From an uncultured Candidatus Poseidoniales archaeon (GTDB lineage: Archaea; Thermoplasmatota; Poseidoniia; Poseidoniales; Thalassarchaeaceae), in assembly GCA_902573115.1 (NCBI GenBank), contig CACGIM010000002.1, positions 11,649 to 75,648 of the forward strand: 64,000 nt of DNA, read 5' to 3'. Shown in pieces: positions 49,091 to 58,984 of this stretch (positions are counted from its first letter, which is position 1; every line of letters begins with the position of its first letter). A program made the translations under genes and the position numbers. The notes beneath the pieces are model-generated. The model was not told where the DNA came from. It saw only the letters and a list, made by a program, of their open reading frames with translations, and searched no databases.

Positions 49091-51106
49091 CTAGGTCCTG
49101 CCATGAATCTCGTCATCTCGTTTCTGGATCTGCTCCCACAGAATCTCAGCTACGTCCAATACCTCCATCTCTGATCCTATTGCATCAAGGCCATCCTTTA
49201 CCATTACCGAGCAGAACGGGCATCCAACAGCTACGGTATCGCAGCCAGTATCGGAAAGCTCCTCTGCCCTGATCACATTCACCCTCTTGTCTGAATCCTC
49301 CTCCATCCACATCTGAGCTCCCCCCGCTCCGCAACAAAAAGAGTCTTGGCCATGTCTTTCTGGCTCTACGTCGACTCCACTGATTACGTTCCTAGGTTCT
49401 TCGATGATTCCACCTATCCTCCCCAAGTAGCATGGGTCGTGAAACGTGATTGACCTTTCATCATCTCCTTGGACATCTCCAAGATAGGGAAGCTTCGCTT
49501 CTTCCTGTAGCTTCGAAAGTATCTCTGTGTGGTGGAAAACCTCAAGATCTTCTCCCCCGTAATCTGCATACTCCTTTCCAAGAGTATGGAAACAATGTGG
49601 ACAAGAGGCAATAATTCTCTTCACACCCAACTCTTGAAATGTCATCATATTTGTCTCTGCAAGCATCTGAAAAAGGTATTCATTTCCTGCTCTTCTTGCG
49701 GGATCTCCGGAACAACCTTCTTGCATTCCTAGGATTCCAACGTCAAGACCTGCCTCCTTTAACAATGAGATAGTAGACCTCGCAACCTTCTGATTCCTTT
49801 CATCGAAGCTTGCAGCACAACCAACAAAGTAGATGTATTCGGCCGGTTCACCTATTTTCACATCAAGATCAGCAGCCCAATCGGCCCTCTCATGCTCTCC
49901 AAATCCATAAGGGTTTGAAGCTGATTCTATATTGCCCATGGCCGTATTCAGGATTTCTGGATACTCCATAGTCTCCATCATTGCGTTCCTTCTAAGATCC
50001 GTTAGTTTGGGAACGTGTTCAATGTAGAGTGGGCACACATCCACACATGCATTACAAGTTGTACATGCCCAAACTGCCTCATCAGTAATCCTCTGCATCA
50101 TAGTTTCCTCCGGGGTCTCGCCCTTCAGTAGCAATGGAGCATGCTCGTTTGCGTAATTTCTGACATCATGAATTACTTGCATCGGATTCAAACTTTTTCC
50201 AGAAGCGTATGCCGGGCAAACGTCCTGACACCTAGCACATGACGTGCATGACCATCCGTCGATTAGTTGTCTCCATGTGTATTGGGTGTAGGTACTGACT
50301 CCAAATGAGTCGATGTCCAATTCTTCTAGTGGTATTGCGTTGCCATCATCATCGGTTGCCAGAGGTCGCATTTTTGCACTAGGTCCAGTATCATGAAAGA
50401 AGACATTTGGAACCGCCATCACTAAGTGCATATGCTTAGAAAGTGGGATGAGAAACAAGAATACTGAGATTGCCAACATATGGAGCCAGTATGCGATTAC
50501 TACTGTCCTGTCCTCCAGACCATGTTGCCCGATTTGGTAACCGATCGGTTCCCAAAAGCGACTTGGGTCCTCCTTTGACTCGATCATGAACGATGTTGAA
50601 GTGATTGTGAAGATGAGTAGGAGTATTACATTTCCCTCAAGTTGGGACTTGCCTTTGAGTTTGTCAGGAGTGAAAACTACCCTCCTGAGCAATGCGGCCA
50701 CGCACCCTATCAGCGCCATCGTATATCCTAGCTCAACCATTCCGTTCCAAGGTCCAACTAGGATATCGGGTAGAATCTTACCTGAAAACGCATTAGCGGT
50801 GGCTAGATCGAGCATATCAGAAGCTAGCATTAGGAACCCCCAGAACATGAGAACGTGCATGGTTCCCACAACCCTGTCTCTGAGTACCTTCTTTTGACCT
50901 AACCACCCAATTACGAACTCAACCATCCTGGGTCCCCAAGCATCAAATCTAGAGTCGGATGAGCCGATTAAAACAAGTCTAGTGGCTTTGGAAACTTGGT
51001 AGACAAAGAATCCAATTGATGCTCCGCCCATCACAAGGAGGATCATCCATCCATCCAAAGGGCCGTATGTTTGCAAAAGAGGGTGTTCCACGGGGACTCC
51101 TCGCAC
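49091..51106 (-). CDS. HdrDE-like membrane Fe-S oxidoreductase: an N-terminal NarI-type b-haem membrane domain fused to a 2x[4Fe-4S] ferredoxin domain and duplicated CCG (Cys-rich) domains
   Basis: About 6 TM with conserved His, then CTSCARCQDVCP and CTTCNACVDVCP, then CCG motifs (CPHCFH, CCGAGG). GTG start. Confidence 0.65.
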   Translation of the reverse strand: MRGVPVEHPLLQTYGPLDGWMILLVMGGASIGFFVYQVSKATRLVLIGSSDSRFDAWGPRMVEFVIGWLGQKKVLRDRVVGTMHVLMFWGFLMLASDMLDLATANAFSGKILPDILVGPWNGMVELGYTMALIGCVAALLRRVVFTPDKLKGKSQLEGNVILLLIFTITSTSFMIESKEDPSRFWEPIGYQIGQHGLEDRTVVIAYWLHMLAISVFLFLIPLSKHMHLVMAVPNVFFHDTGPSAKMRPLATDDDGNAIPLEELDIDSFGVSTYTQYTWRQLIDGWSCTSCARCQDVCPAYASGKSLNPMQVIHDVRNYANEHAPLLLKGETPEETMMQRITDEAVWACTTCNACVDVCPLYIEHVPKLTDLRRNAMMETMEYPEILNTAMGNIESASNPYGFGEHERADWAADLDVKIGEPAEYIYFVGCAASFDERNQKVARSTISLLKEAGLDVGILGMQEGCSGDPARRAGNEYLFQMLAETNMMTFQELGVKRIIASCPHCFHTLGKEYADYGGEDLEVFHHTEILSKLQEEAKLPYLGDVQGDDERSITFHDPCYLGRIGGIIEEPRNVISGVDVEPERHGQDSFCCGAGGAQMWMEEDSDKRVNVIRAEELSDTGCDTVAVGCPFCSVMVKDGLDAIGSEMEVLDVAEILWEQIQKRDDEIHGRT

Positions 51107-51199
51107 AGGTTAACCTGATAGTGCTGCGATAGACAATAAGCCCTTGAATCAACCGCATGGTAGGCCAACCCTCATGGCCTAATGGGTCAGCCAAAGAAT

Positions 51200-52187
51200 A
51201 TGGCCAGAGCCTTCGCCCCGGGCAAGTGTATTCTTTTCGGTGAGCATGCTGTTGTTTTTGGACATCCTGCAGTAGCGGTTGCAGTTGACCAAGGGGTCAC
51301 GGTTTCCCTGAGAGAGTCCGATAACTGGAAGCTGGGGGGGGTCTTATTTTGATCCGTCCCAACACCCTCATATTACCCATATAATGAAAAATGTATACAG
51401 TTATTCGGGAAAACCATTGGACATAGAGGTACATAGTGACCTATTTTCAGCTGCGGGCATGGGGTCTTCGGCTGCACTCTCAAATGCATTTGGTGCTGCT
51501 ATGCATATGCTAATTTACCCAGACGAAGATCTGGATCAAATAAAGATGGCCAAATTAGCACATTCTGCCGAAGCTACTGCTCAGAAGGGTAGGGCAAGCC
51601 CCACGGATACGGCCACCAGCGCATTAGGTGGTTGTGTAGTCGTTTCAGGAGTAAAGGTACCAGGAACGAGGCATGTGTTCGATACTAGTCTTGAAACCCC
51701 GGAGGGAAAGAGAAAATGGGCAATAAATGCGGTCGATATTCCAGAGGGGATTAGCGATTCATGGCTGGTGATTGGATACTCTGGAGTTGGCTCGCCCACG
51801 GGAAGAATGGTCGCCAAAGTGGCCAAGCTGATTAGTGAAATGCCTCAGAAGATAGAGGAAATGAAGGCGATTGCAAATATTACTAATGCAGGACTTACCG
51901 CACTCTCTGCTGGTAATTTAGAAGCTCTTGGAATCGCCATGGATGCTTGTCACGAAAAGTTACAAAAATTGGAGGTTAGTACGCCAGACCTCGATCGGAT
52001 GGTTGAGGCTTCAAGACCTTACTCGCTTGGTGCAAAATTAACCGGTGCGGGAGGAGGGGGTTGTATGGTTGCTTTGACTCGTGATCCAGACAGGGTATCC
52101 GAAGCTATCGAGGTCTCGGGAGGGGTTCCGCTTAGGTCAAAACTTGGTTCTGAAGGAGTTAGAGTCTACCGGGAAAAAATACAATAG
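51200..52187 (+). pseudogene. mvk: Mevalonate kinase interrupted by a +1 frameshift in a G8 homopolymer (51334-51341). This is either a sequencing artefact or a disrupted gene.
   Basis: ATG at 51200 gives [21 protein letters not shown]... (the MK N-terminal motif) and stops at 51350. The ORF 51384-52187 carries the GHMP motifs (GMGSSAA, KLTGAGGGGC). Removing one G joins the two parts in frame. Confidence 0.65.
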
Positions 52188-52215
52188 GTGTTTCCAATGT
52201 TAAATTTCTTTATAT

Positions 52216-52224
52216 TATCATTTA
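52216..52224 (+). promoter_or_regulatory. Candidate archaeal TATA box (tttatatta) about 26-34 nt upstream of the TBP start codon
   Basis: AT-rich octamer matching the archaeal TATA consensus. Position fits a short-leader or leaderless transcript. Confidence 0.3.
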
Positions 52225-52249
52225 TAAGTCAAAGTTAATTCGAAGTCCT

Positions 52250-52966
52250 ATGTTAAGTGATGAAGAAAGACTAACCGTAGTTAATGTTGTAGCCTCGACC
52301 AGGGTAGCTGAGGAGTTAGATCTACCAGACATTGCAATTCAATTAAATTGCGAATATGAACCTGAACAATTCCCCGGGGTTGTTTACAGAGTTGTGGACC
52401 CAAAGTTAGCTATCCTAATGTTTAGATCTGGAAGAGCTGTTTGCACTGGCGGAAAGAACGAGGACAACATCCAAACCGGAATCGAGAGGATGATCGGAGA
52501 CCTTAGAGATGCTGGAATCGACACATGGGACCTGAAAGACGTTGAGATCGAGGTCCAGAACATGGTGGCTACTTACTCTCTTTTCTACCCAGAGGACTAT
52601 GGTGAGGTGGCCAGAATGGATGATATCAACACTAAGGTCATCGACGAAAAAGGCGGAGGAATTCGAGCGGCTACTGATGAAGAAGTTGAGAACGAAGATC
52701 CGAGGATAAGAGGAATTCTGCAAGGAGAGCCCTTAGCTGCTCTCCCGAGGAAGCTCAATCTCAACAACCTAACATTCCATTTACCATTCGATAAAGTCGA
52801 ATACGAACCAGAACAGTTTCCTGGTCTCATTTACAGACTTGATTATCCTCGAGTTGTTTGTCTCATATTTGGAAGCGGAAAAATGGTCATTACTGGAGCT
52901 CGTCACAAGGATGAGATTTTAGAGGCTGTTGAGCAAATAAAGGATGAGCTTGCAGATCTGCTCTGA
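52250..52966 (+). CDS. tbp: TATA-box binding protein with an acidic insertion of about 48 aa in the second repeat
   Basis: Two TBP repeats, each with EYEPEQFPG. 238 aa against the typical 180-190. Confidence 0.85.
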   Translation: MLSDEERLTVVNVVASTRVAEELDLPDIAIQLNCEYEPEQFPGVVYRVVDPKLAILMFRSGRAVCTGGKNEDNIQTGIERMIGDLRDAGIDTWDLKDVEIEVQNMVATYSLFYPEDYGEVARMDDINTKVIDEKGGGIRAATDEEVENEDPRIRGILQGEPLAALPRKLNLNNLTFHLPFDKVEYEPEQFPGLIYRLDYPRVVCLIFGSGKMVITGARHKDEILEAVEQIKDELADLL

Positions 52967-52977
52967 GACTCGGACCA

Positions 52978-55900
52978 ATGTTATTGAGCAAACCGACATC
53001 CAGCGGCATGCGCCGGCCCTCAATCACGATTCTTGTAATGGCACTGATCACAACAGCGCCTATTTCAATGAACATCCCACTGAGCATTTCACCTGAAATT
53101 TCCTATGGTCCCGATTTGGATTCTAGATTAGAAGTACAGGCAAGAACTACTTTCAGCTCTGAAGTACCAGTTTGGCGCGTGAACGACAATTGGATGTACG
53201 ATGGCTACCTAGACGTGGCAGACTTCGTTGCTGGATCGGGGGTCTCGACCGACGTAGAGACACTTGAAGGCAGTCTCGACCGAACTGTCGAAGACGTATA
53301 TGTAACTGATATCGAGAACAATGATACTCTGGTTTACAGAGTTGTCTCTGTAGGAGAGTATGATTCAGATGGCCCCATTAGCATAGACGGAACGAATGGC
53401 TGCTTGTTCGTGGAAATTGTGACTGATGAAATAATGAGAGCTTCCGATTTGGCGACCTACTCTCAAGAAGCATCGGTTAATGTTTACTTTTGGCCATCGT
53501 TTTTCGGAACCTGTGTATCTTGGTTGAATGAATCGATTGGCGTCTTATCTGTAGAAAATACATTCGTCCCACCTTTGGAGAATTATGATTTCCCGATCTC
53601 TGTTGGAGAGTCTTGGCAAATGGGATACCAACAAGACATTGAATTCAGCGGATCTAGCAACTATGTAGACATACCAAATGATACAAGCGATACTAACTCT
53701 TCCAGTTGGACAGTGGTCAGCCAAGGTAACTCGGGTGTTTCATACCCTGGTTGCTACCAGTCTTTCAATGTCACAAACTACGATTCTAACGGCGATGAGG
53801 TTGGGTACAACTGGTTCTGTCCTGCAATAAGGGGGGAAATAAAGAGCTCGTTTGTCCAAGCATTCGGTTTTGTCGCTGTGCACGAGCTAGTTGCATACCA
53901 ACCAGTGACTAGGTCAAAGGAAATCACAATTGACGTGGAATACCCCCTCTCTCCGACTGATATAGAAATATCCACATGGATCAATGTCACCCAGGGGGGG
54001 CAACCAGTGTCCGGACAGAGCTTGCAATTCAGATACGAGTCTGAAAATTATACAGAGAACATTACTACTGAGGCCAATGGATCTTATCATCTCACTATTA
54101 ATTCTGGGAGTCAACCAGATGACTCATTTGGCCAGGGCGAGCTGGGCAGTCATGGATTGGTAGCATGGATCGAGACTTCCAGAATAATAGGGGCTAAAAC
54201 TCTGATTATCGACTCAAACATCCATGAAATCGATCTTGTCACAAAATCTGAAGGAGTATCGGTTCAAAGATATAGGCCCCATACAGGTAACATGATTACT
54301 CTTGATTCTGATATTAGCTTCTCTGCTATATCTGGAGATGTTCTTACATTCTCAATTCCTGTCCTAAATAGGGGACTAGCCACTTCTCCTGAGTCTACAA
54401 TGGCAATCAATTCCCCGGATGGTACATCTGTTTACGGAATAGTACCTCAACTCAATAGCCTTCAAGAGTCGCGAATTGAGCTGAATTGGACAGTCCCAGA
54501 ATCCCAGACCTTCGGAAATGTTTACCTTTATTTCGAGATAGATCCAGACGAGCAGATAACAGAGGACGGTAATAGGTCGAACAACCAAGGATCCTTTTTT
54601 CTCTACATAGGAGCCTTGCCTGTAGCCGCACTCTACGCTCAGTCCGAGGCCATGACCTTCGAATCGATTGAAATTGACGGTAGTTCGTCCTATGACCCAG
54701 ATGAGGGGGATATTTCTTGTCTTTTCCAAATTGATGACGTGGGCGGTAGCACATACGAAATTGAGGATGACGACTGTGTTTTGCAGACATCATGGCAGGA
54801 CGATGGCAACTACAGTGTTACTCTTGTTGTGACCGACTCGGAAAGCGACTCAGATTACACAATTTTACAGATATCGGTATTGAATAGGCCACCACAGGTA
54901 GAAATCGGTGCTGACTCGGAAGAGGTGGTTGTAACTGAACAAATAATCTTCAGAATCATAAATAGTAGTGACCAAGATACTCAGAATCCATCGGCCCCTA
55001 TTGAGTTTAAGTGGGACAAGGAATGCTTGGAGGGCAGGGTAAGCCAAGTTTGTACCCTAAATCCAATGGATGAAGGAAATTTCACCGTGAATCTAGAAGC
55101 TACAGATGACGACGGTGCCAAAACAACTACTGAGCACACAATTGGCGTAATCAATCTCGCACCCAGCAATCCCGTGGCTGAGCTATATTTGGAAGAAGTT
55201 CGGATTTTCCCAGACAGCAGGGGGGTGTTCACGGTAAATGAGGGGGAGGTGGTGACTTTTTGGGGTCAAGCAGAGGATTCTCCCAATGATTTGGATTCAT
55301 TAATTCAAGTTTGGAGGCCGGATGCAGAAGACTATCCTGAGTGGAATTTCACAAGTATTGGGCAAAGGAGTACAGTGTACAACGTTTCTTACAATACTTC
55401 TGGAATGCACCTTGCAACACTTCAAGTCTTTGACAATGATGCTGAGAGCTCAGAGTTATTGATTATTCCAATTCAAGTAAACAACCTCCCACCTGAGATC
55501 TCCCCGATTACAACAATTCTAGGGGACTTGGAAGAGGACGAAGAATTTACTATTTATCCGACCGTTGAGGACTCTATGAACGACTTTGGTAGTCTGACTT
55601 ATTGCTTCGACATGGACCCGGCCCTCGATACAGACTCAGATGGATTATTATCGAACGATTGCAATATAGAGTCACCAGTCCTCACTCACTCTTGGCCTGA
55701 CTCCAAGAGCGCTCCTTCGTCAGTAGTTTTCTTTGTTTTTGATGATGATGGGGATGCAGATTCTGTAGAGTTCAAGTTTAATGTCATAAACTCGCCTCCC
55801 GACGCTCTAGCTTCTGCGAGCGAATCAAATCCCACCGAGGGTGATAAAATAATTCTTAGTGCAAATGGGACTGTAGATTCCCAAGCCGATATGGACTCGC

Positions 55901-56478
55901 TGATTTTTCAATGGGACACTGACGTATCAGTGGACTCCGATGGTGATGGGGATCCAACAAACGATGTTGACTACACGGGAAGGTGGATTGAGATCTCATA
56001 TGAATCAGGAGGATCAAAGACAGCTAAGCTAACTGTTCTTGATGATAGCGGATCAAGAAACTCAATAACAATGGAAATTGAAGTGGCGGAATCGCCCCGG
56101 AGCATCGCAGGAACTGTAGCTTCCAACATAGTAATTATTGCGATAATAGTCCTAACATCTTTGGGTGGTGCATTTGTTGTTTTGAGGGGTACGGGGAAGC
56201 AAGAAAATCAGAAAGACGAAGAAGAAGAAAGGTTTGACTATGATTCTGCTTTTAGCGAGATGGAGGAAGGGGACATAGAAGATAACAGTGCTCCTGCATC
56301 ATTCGAATCGGAATTCTCATCTGATGAGGAAATAAATATACCCGGAATTGATGAGGTGATAAGGGAGCTATCGGACTTAGATGAAGAACAAACTAATGAA
56401 GTCCCCCGCGCACCTGACTTGGGTGAAGAAAAACCTAATTTGGACCTTGATGACATAGAAGCACTCTTTGAGGAGTAG
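52978..56478 (+). CDS. Large cell-surface protein with multiple PKD-like repeats, a C-terminal TM and an acidic cytoplasmic tail
   Basis: Signal/TM at the N-terminus. Repeated SSYDPDEG, FKWDKEC, CFDMDP and FQWDTD PKD-like motifs. TM IVIIAIIVLTSLGGAFVVL. The 110-aa tail is rich in D/E. Confidence 0.6.
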   Translation: MLLSKPTSSGMRRPSITILVMALITTAPISMNIPLSISPEISYGPDLDSRLEVQARTTFSSEVPVWRVNDNWMYDGYLDVADFVAGSGVSTDVETLEGSLDRTVEDVYVTDIENNDTLVYRVVSVGEYDSDGPISIDGTNGCLFVEIVTDEIMRASDLATYSQEASVNVYFWPSFFGTCVSWLNESIGVLSVENTFVPPLENYDFPISVGESWQMGYQQDIEFSGSSNYVDIPNDTSDTNSSSWTVVSQGNSGVSYPGCYQSFNVTNYDSNGDEVGYNWFCPAIRGEIKSSFVQAFGFVAVHELVAYQPVTRSKEITIDVEYPLSPTDIEISTWINVTQGGQPVSGQSLQFRYESENYTENITTEANGSYHLTINSGSQPDDSFGQGELGSHGLVAWIETSRIIGAKTLIIDSNIHEIDLVTKSEGVSVQRYRPHTGNMITLDSDISFSAISGDVLTFSIPVLNRGLATSPESTMAINSPDGTSVYGIVPQLNSLQESRIELNWTVPESQTFGNVYLYFEIDPDEQITEDGNRSNNQGSFFLYIGALPVAALYAQSEAMTFESIEIDGSSSYDPDEGDISCLFQIDDVGGSTYEIEDDDCVLQTSWQDDGNYSVTLVVTDSESDSDYTILQISVLNRPPQVEIGADSEEVVVTEQIIFRIINSSDQDTQNPSAPIEFKWDKECLEGRVSQVCTLNPMDEGNFTVNLEATDDDGAKTTTEHTIGVINLAPSNPVAELYLEEVRIFPDSRGVFTVNEGEVVTFWGQAEDSPNDLDSLIQVWRPDAEDYPEWNFTSIGQRSTVYNVSYNTSGMHLATLQVFDNDAESSELLIIPIQVNNLPPEISPITTILGDLEEDEEFTIYPTVEDSMNDFGSLTYCFDMDPALDTDSDGLLSNDCNIESPVLTHSWPDSKSAPSSVVFFVFDDDGDADSVEFKFNVINSPPDALASASESNPTEGDKIILSANGTVDSQADMDSLIFQWDTDVSVDSDGDGDPTNDVDYTGRWIEISYESGGSKTAKLTVLDDSGSRNSITMEIEVAESPRSIAGTVASNIVIIAIIVLTSLGGAFVVLRGTGKQENQKDEEEERFDYDSAFSEMEEGDIEDNSAPASFESEFSSDEEINIPGIDEVIRELSDLDEEQTNEVPRAPDLGEEKPNLDLDDIEALFEE

Positions 56479-56492
56479 CCTGCGGGGCGTGC

Positions 56493-56963
56493 GTGGTTAA
56501 CCTATTCAGGCTTCTTGGACTGCCGAATCCAAGTAATTCCCCTAAGGTTGATTCAATGGGTTTGAAGTCTGCCTTCGAACCTGGCCCTAAAGCAGGAAAT
56601 AAGTTCCATGACCTTGGTGAGTCTAGATGGTCTGAAAGGACAGAAAGGATGACCGAGAGGCCCAATAGGAGGGTAATTTATCTAGAGCCAGACAATCTCC
56701 ATAGACTTCAAATGGATGGGATAGAAGGTAATCTTTCAATGGGTGATATGGTAATTGTAGATCTAAATTCTCTCAATCACATGCCTAGCCAGCAGTCGGT
56801 CTGCTCCAGAAGAGTACAGGATCTGGGAGATAGGACTGGACTTCCAGTATTCGCTCTGAATGAGGATGACACACTACTAATGGTGGCTGGGGCTAGAATG
56901 AGGGTTGACACACACAAGCACAAACTGGGATCACAAGTTTTGGAGAGAGCCATAGACAACTAG
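56493..56963 (+). CDS. sepF: SepF-like (DUF552) cell-division protein
   Basis: N-terminal amphipathic MVNLFRLLGL. The C-terminal domain (VIYLEPDNL...MVIVDLNSLNH...RRVQDL.DRTGLPVFALNEDDTLLMVAGARMRV) fits the SepF pattern. Confidence 0.5.
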   Translation: MVNLFRLLGLPNPSNSPKVDSMGLKSAFEPGPKAGNKFHDLGESRWSERTERMTERPNRRVIYLEPDNLHRLQMDGIEGNLSMGDMVIVDLNSLNHMPSQQSVCSRRVQDLGDRTGLPVFALNEDDTLLMVAGARMRVDTHKHKLGSQVLERAIDN

Positions 56964-56966
56964 CAC

Positions 56967-57170
56967 TTACTCCTCCTCTAGCCAATCGTCTAGATCTCCG
57001 TTTAGCACTTCTTTCAAAGCGTGGTCAGTAAAATCTCTGTATGTCTCCCATTTGGCTATCTCGGATACGTCTTCTGCCCTGGCAATCTTCCTTGATATGG
57101 AATCGTTTGAGTAGATTACGCATTTGCGTAGGAAGTTAGCAATCAGAGCTCTGCGTTCTTCTAAATCCAT
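56967..57170 (-). CDS. Small acidic protein, unknown, 4 nt downstream of bcp
   Basis: 67 aa. Apparently in an operon with bcp. Confidence 0.3.
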   Translation of the reverse strand: MDLEERRALIANFLRKCVIYSNDSISRKIARAEDVSEIAKWETYRDFTDHALKEVLNGDLDDWLEEE

Positions 57171-57174
57171 CGTG

Positions 57175-57651
57175 CTATACCTTCAGTGCTTCAATCAAAG
57201 TATCGACGTGTCCCTTGGTCTTTACTCCATACCCCGCCCATGAAATAGTGCCATCAGACTCAATTGCAAACGTTGACCTCAGGGTCCCCATGTATGTTTT
57301 TCCATACATGCTCTTCTCCCTCCAAGTGCCAAATAATTCGTGTAAAGAGGCGTCTTCATCAACGATCAATTCAAAGGGTAAATCATGCTTATCGATAAAC
57401 TTCTGATGAGACTTAGCCCCATCCGTAGAGACTCCAAATACACGCCATCCGCTTTCAGAGAGTCTGCCGAAGTTATCTCTGAAGTCACAAGCCTGTGTTG
57501 TACATCCGGGTGTATTATCACGAGGGTAGAAGTAGAGGATTAACCTATCTCCAGAAGATAATATTTCTGATAGGGAGATCGTTGTTCCATCGGTGATCGT
57601 TGCCTCGAAGTCTGGGGCCTTTTCCCCGACCGTCAACTCTGTTGGTGCCAT
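57175..57651 (-). CDS. bcp: Peroxiredoxin Bcp/PrxQ (thiol peroxidase)
   Basis: FYPRDNTPGCTTQAC active-site motif. Confidence 0.85.
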   Translation of the reverse strand: MAPTELTVGEKAPDFEATITDGTTISLSEILSSGDRLILYFYPRDNTPGCTTQACDFRDNFGRLSESGWRVFGVSTDGAKSHQKFIDKHDLPFELIVDEDASLHELFGTWREKSMYGKTYMGTLRSTFAIESDGTISWAGYGVKTKGHVDTLIEALKV

Positions 57652-57688
57652 GGCACTTCGGAAGGTCTAGGATTCATGAAGGCTACCA

Positions 57689-58252
57689 TCATTCGATATA
57701 CGATTTCAGAGATACTGAGGCAGGCATTGAGGGAGGTTCACTGAAGCCGAAACAGGTGGTATTCTGAAACTTCGCCTTAGACCCAATACTCACTCCATTT
57801 AGTGAGCCTTCCGCATCTAGAACTCTGGAAATTGATCTTACGGAGTACCACTCTCTTCTCCCATCCCTGGTTTTGCCGTGGGTGATTGTTCCGAAAATCA
57901 GTTTCCCAAAAAAAGCCTCGAATGAAGCGATGAACCAAAGTGGACGCCACAGAGGTAAAATTAGAGAAATTCCCCATCTAATTCTGATTGATAATGCGTC
58001 TGCGGAAACAAAAATCTCTCTCTTACCTCTTTTGACTTCAAAATCTACGATTCTCACCTCCTCGAATGTGTATATTCGGGAAACGTAATCCGCATGTGTA
58101 GCCGATGGAGAAAGAAGCACTCTAGTTCCATCTGGCTTTGCCCACATTATGTTTGTGAAATTGCCTAGTATTGACTCACTCCAATCGCCGATTACTATTC
58201 TGTGCCCGGTGGAGAATCCGGTAGAAGTAATTCTTCCTCTGAAAATATCCAT
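57689..58252 (-). CDS. Hypothetical protein
   Basis: 187-aa ORF lying between nth and bcp on the same strand. No recognisable family. Confidence 0.3.
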   Translation of the reverse strand: MDIFRGRITSTGFSTGHRIVIGDWSESILGNFTNIMWAKPDGTRVLLSPSATHADYVSRIYTFEEVRIVDFEVKRGKREIFVSADALSIRIRWGISLILPLWRPLWFIASFEAFFGKLIFGTITHGKTRDGRREWYSVRSISRVLDAEGSLNGVSIGSKAKFQNTTCFGFSEPPSMPASVSLKSYIE

Positions 58253-58984
58253 CTATCTCCCCATTTCCTCTTTTATCCTCTTCTTCGTTGCCGCCCATGA
58301 GCATATTGGGCACGACCTTAGATCATGCCTAAGTGCAGGGCAGTATTCTCTCCCAAAATAGATAATTTGTAGATGCCTCCTATTCCATGTATTTTTTGAA
58401 AAAAGTGACTTCAGGTCTTTTTCTGTCCTCTCTACGTTACTTCCGTTTGATAGACCCCATCTTGCCGCTAGACGATGTATGTGAGTATCAACTGGGAATG
58501 CTGGAATTCCAAACGCCTGGGCCATAACTACGCTAGCTGTCTTGTGCCCCACTCCGGCTAGAGATTCTAGAAATTCCCAGTCGGCCTTTACCTCCCCTCC
58601 AGCTTCTAAAATTTGTAGGGCCATCCTACTGAGATTTTTGGCCTTCGTAGGCGCTAACCCGATCTCTCTGATGTATCCATGTATCTCTTCAATTCCCAGA
58701 GATGCCATATCGGAAGGTGTACTGGCTGCCTGGAATAGATTGGGAGTCACCTCGTTCACCTTTTTGTCAGTGGTTTGTGCGGATAGCATGACGGCTACAA
58801 GAAGTGTGTATGGGTCTTTGTGATCGAGTGGTATAGGCGTTTCCGGATATAACTCGTCGAGTTTGGTGCCAATGATCTCGGCTTTCTCGGAACGGCGCAA
58901 GCTCAGTCCTCCATCCCTGGAACGTCTTCCCTCCATCCGATAATCATCCCTGCTGCAATACAACCAAAGAAGGGGATATAGCAA
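58253..58984 (-). CDS. nth: Endonuclease III (HhH-GPD DNA glycosylase with a C-terminal Fe-S cluster)
   Basis: LLVAVMLSAQTTD, LAGVGHKTA (HhH), C-terminal CPALRHDLRSCPIC. The true start is probably an internal ATG. Confidence 0.8.
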   Translation of the reverse strand: MLYPLLWLYCSRDDYRMEGRRSRDGGLSLRRSEKAEIIGTKLDELYPETPIPLDHKDPYTLLVAVMLSAQTTDKKVNEVTPNLFQAASTPSDMASLGIEEIHGYIREIGLAPTKAKNLSRMALQILEAGGEVKADWEFLESLAGVGHKTASVVMAQAFGIPAFPVDTHIHRLAARWGLSNGSNVERTEKDLKSLFSKNTWNRRHLQIIYFGREYCPALRHDLRSCPICSWAATKKRIKEEMGR

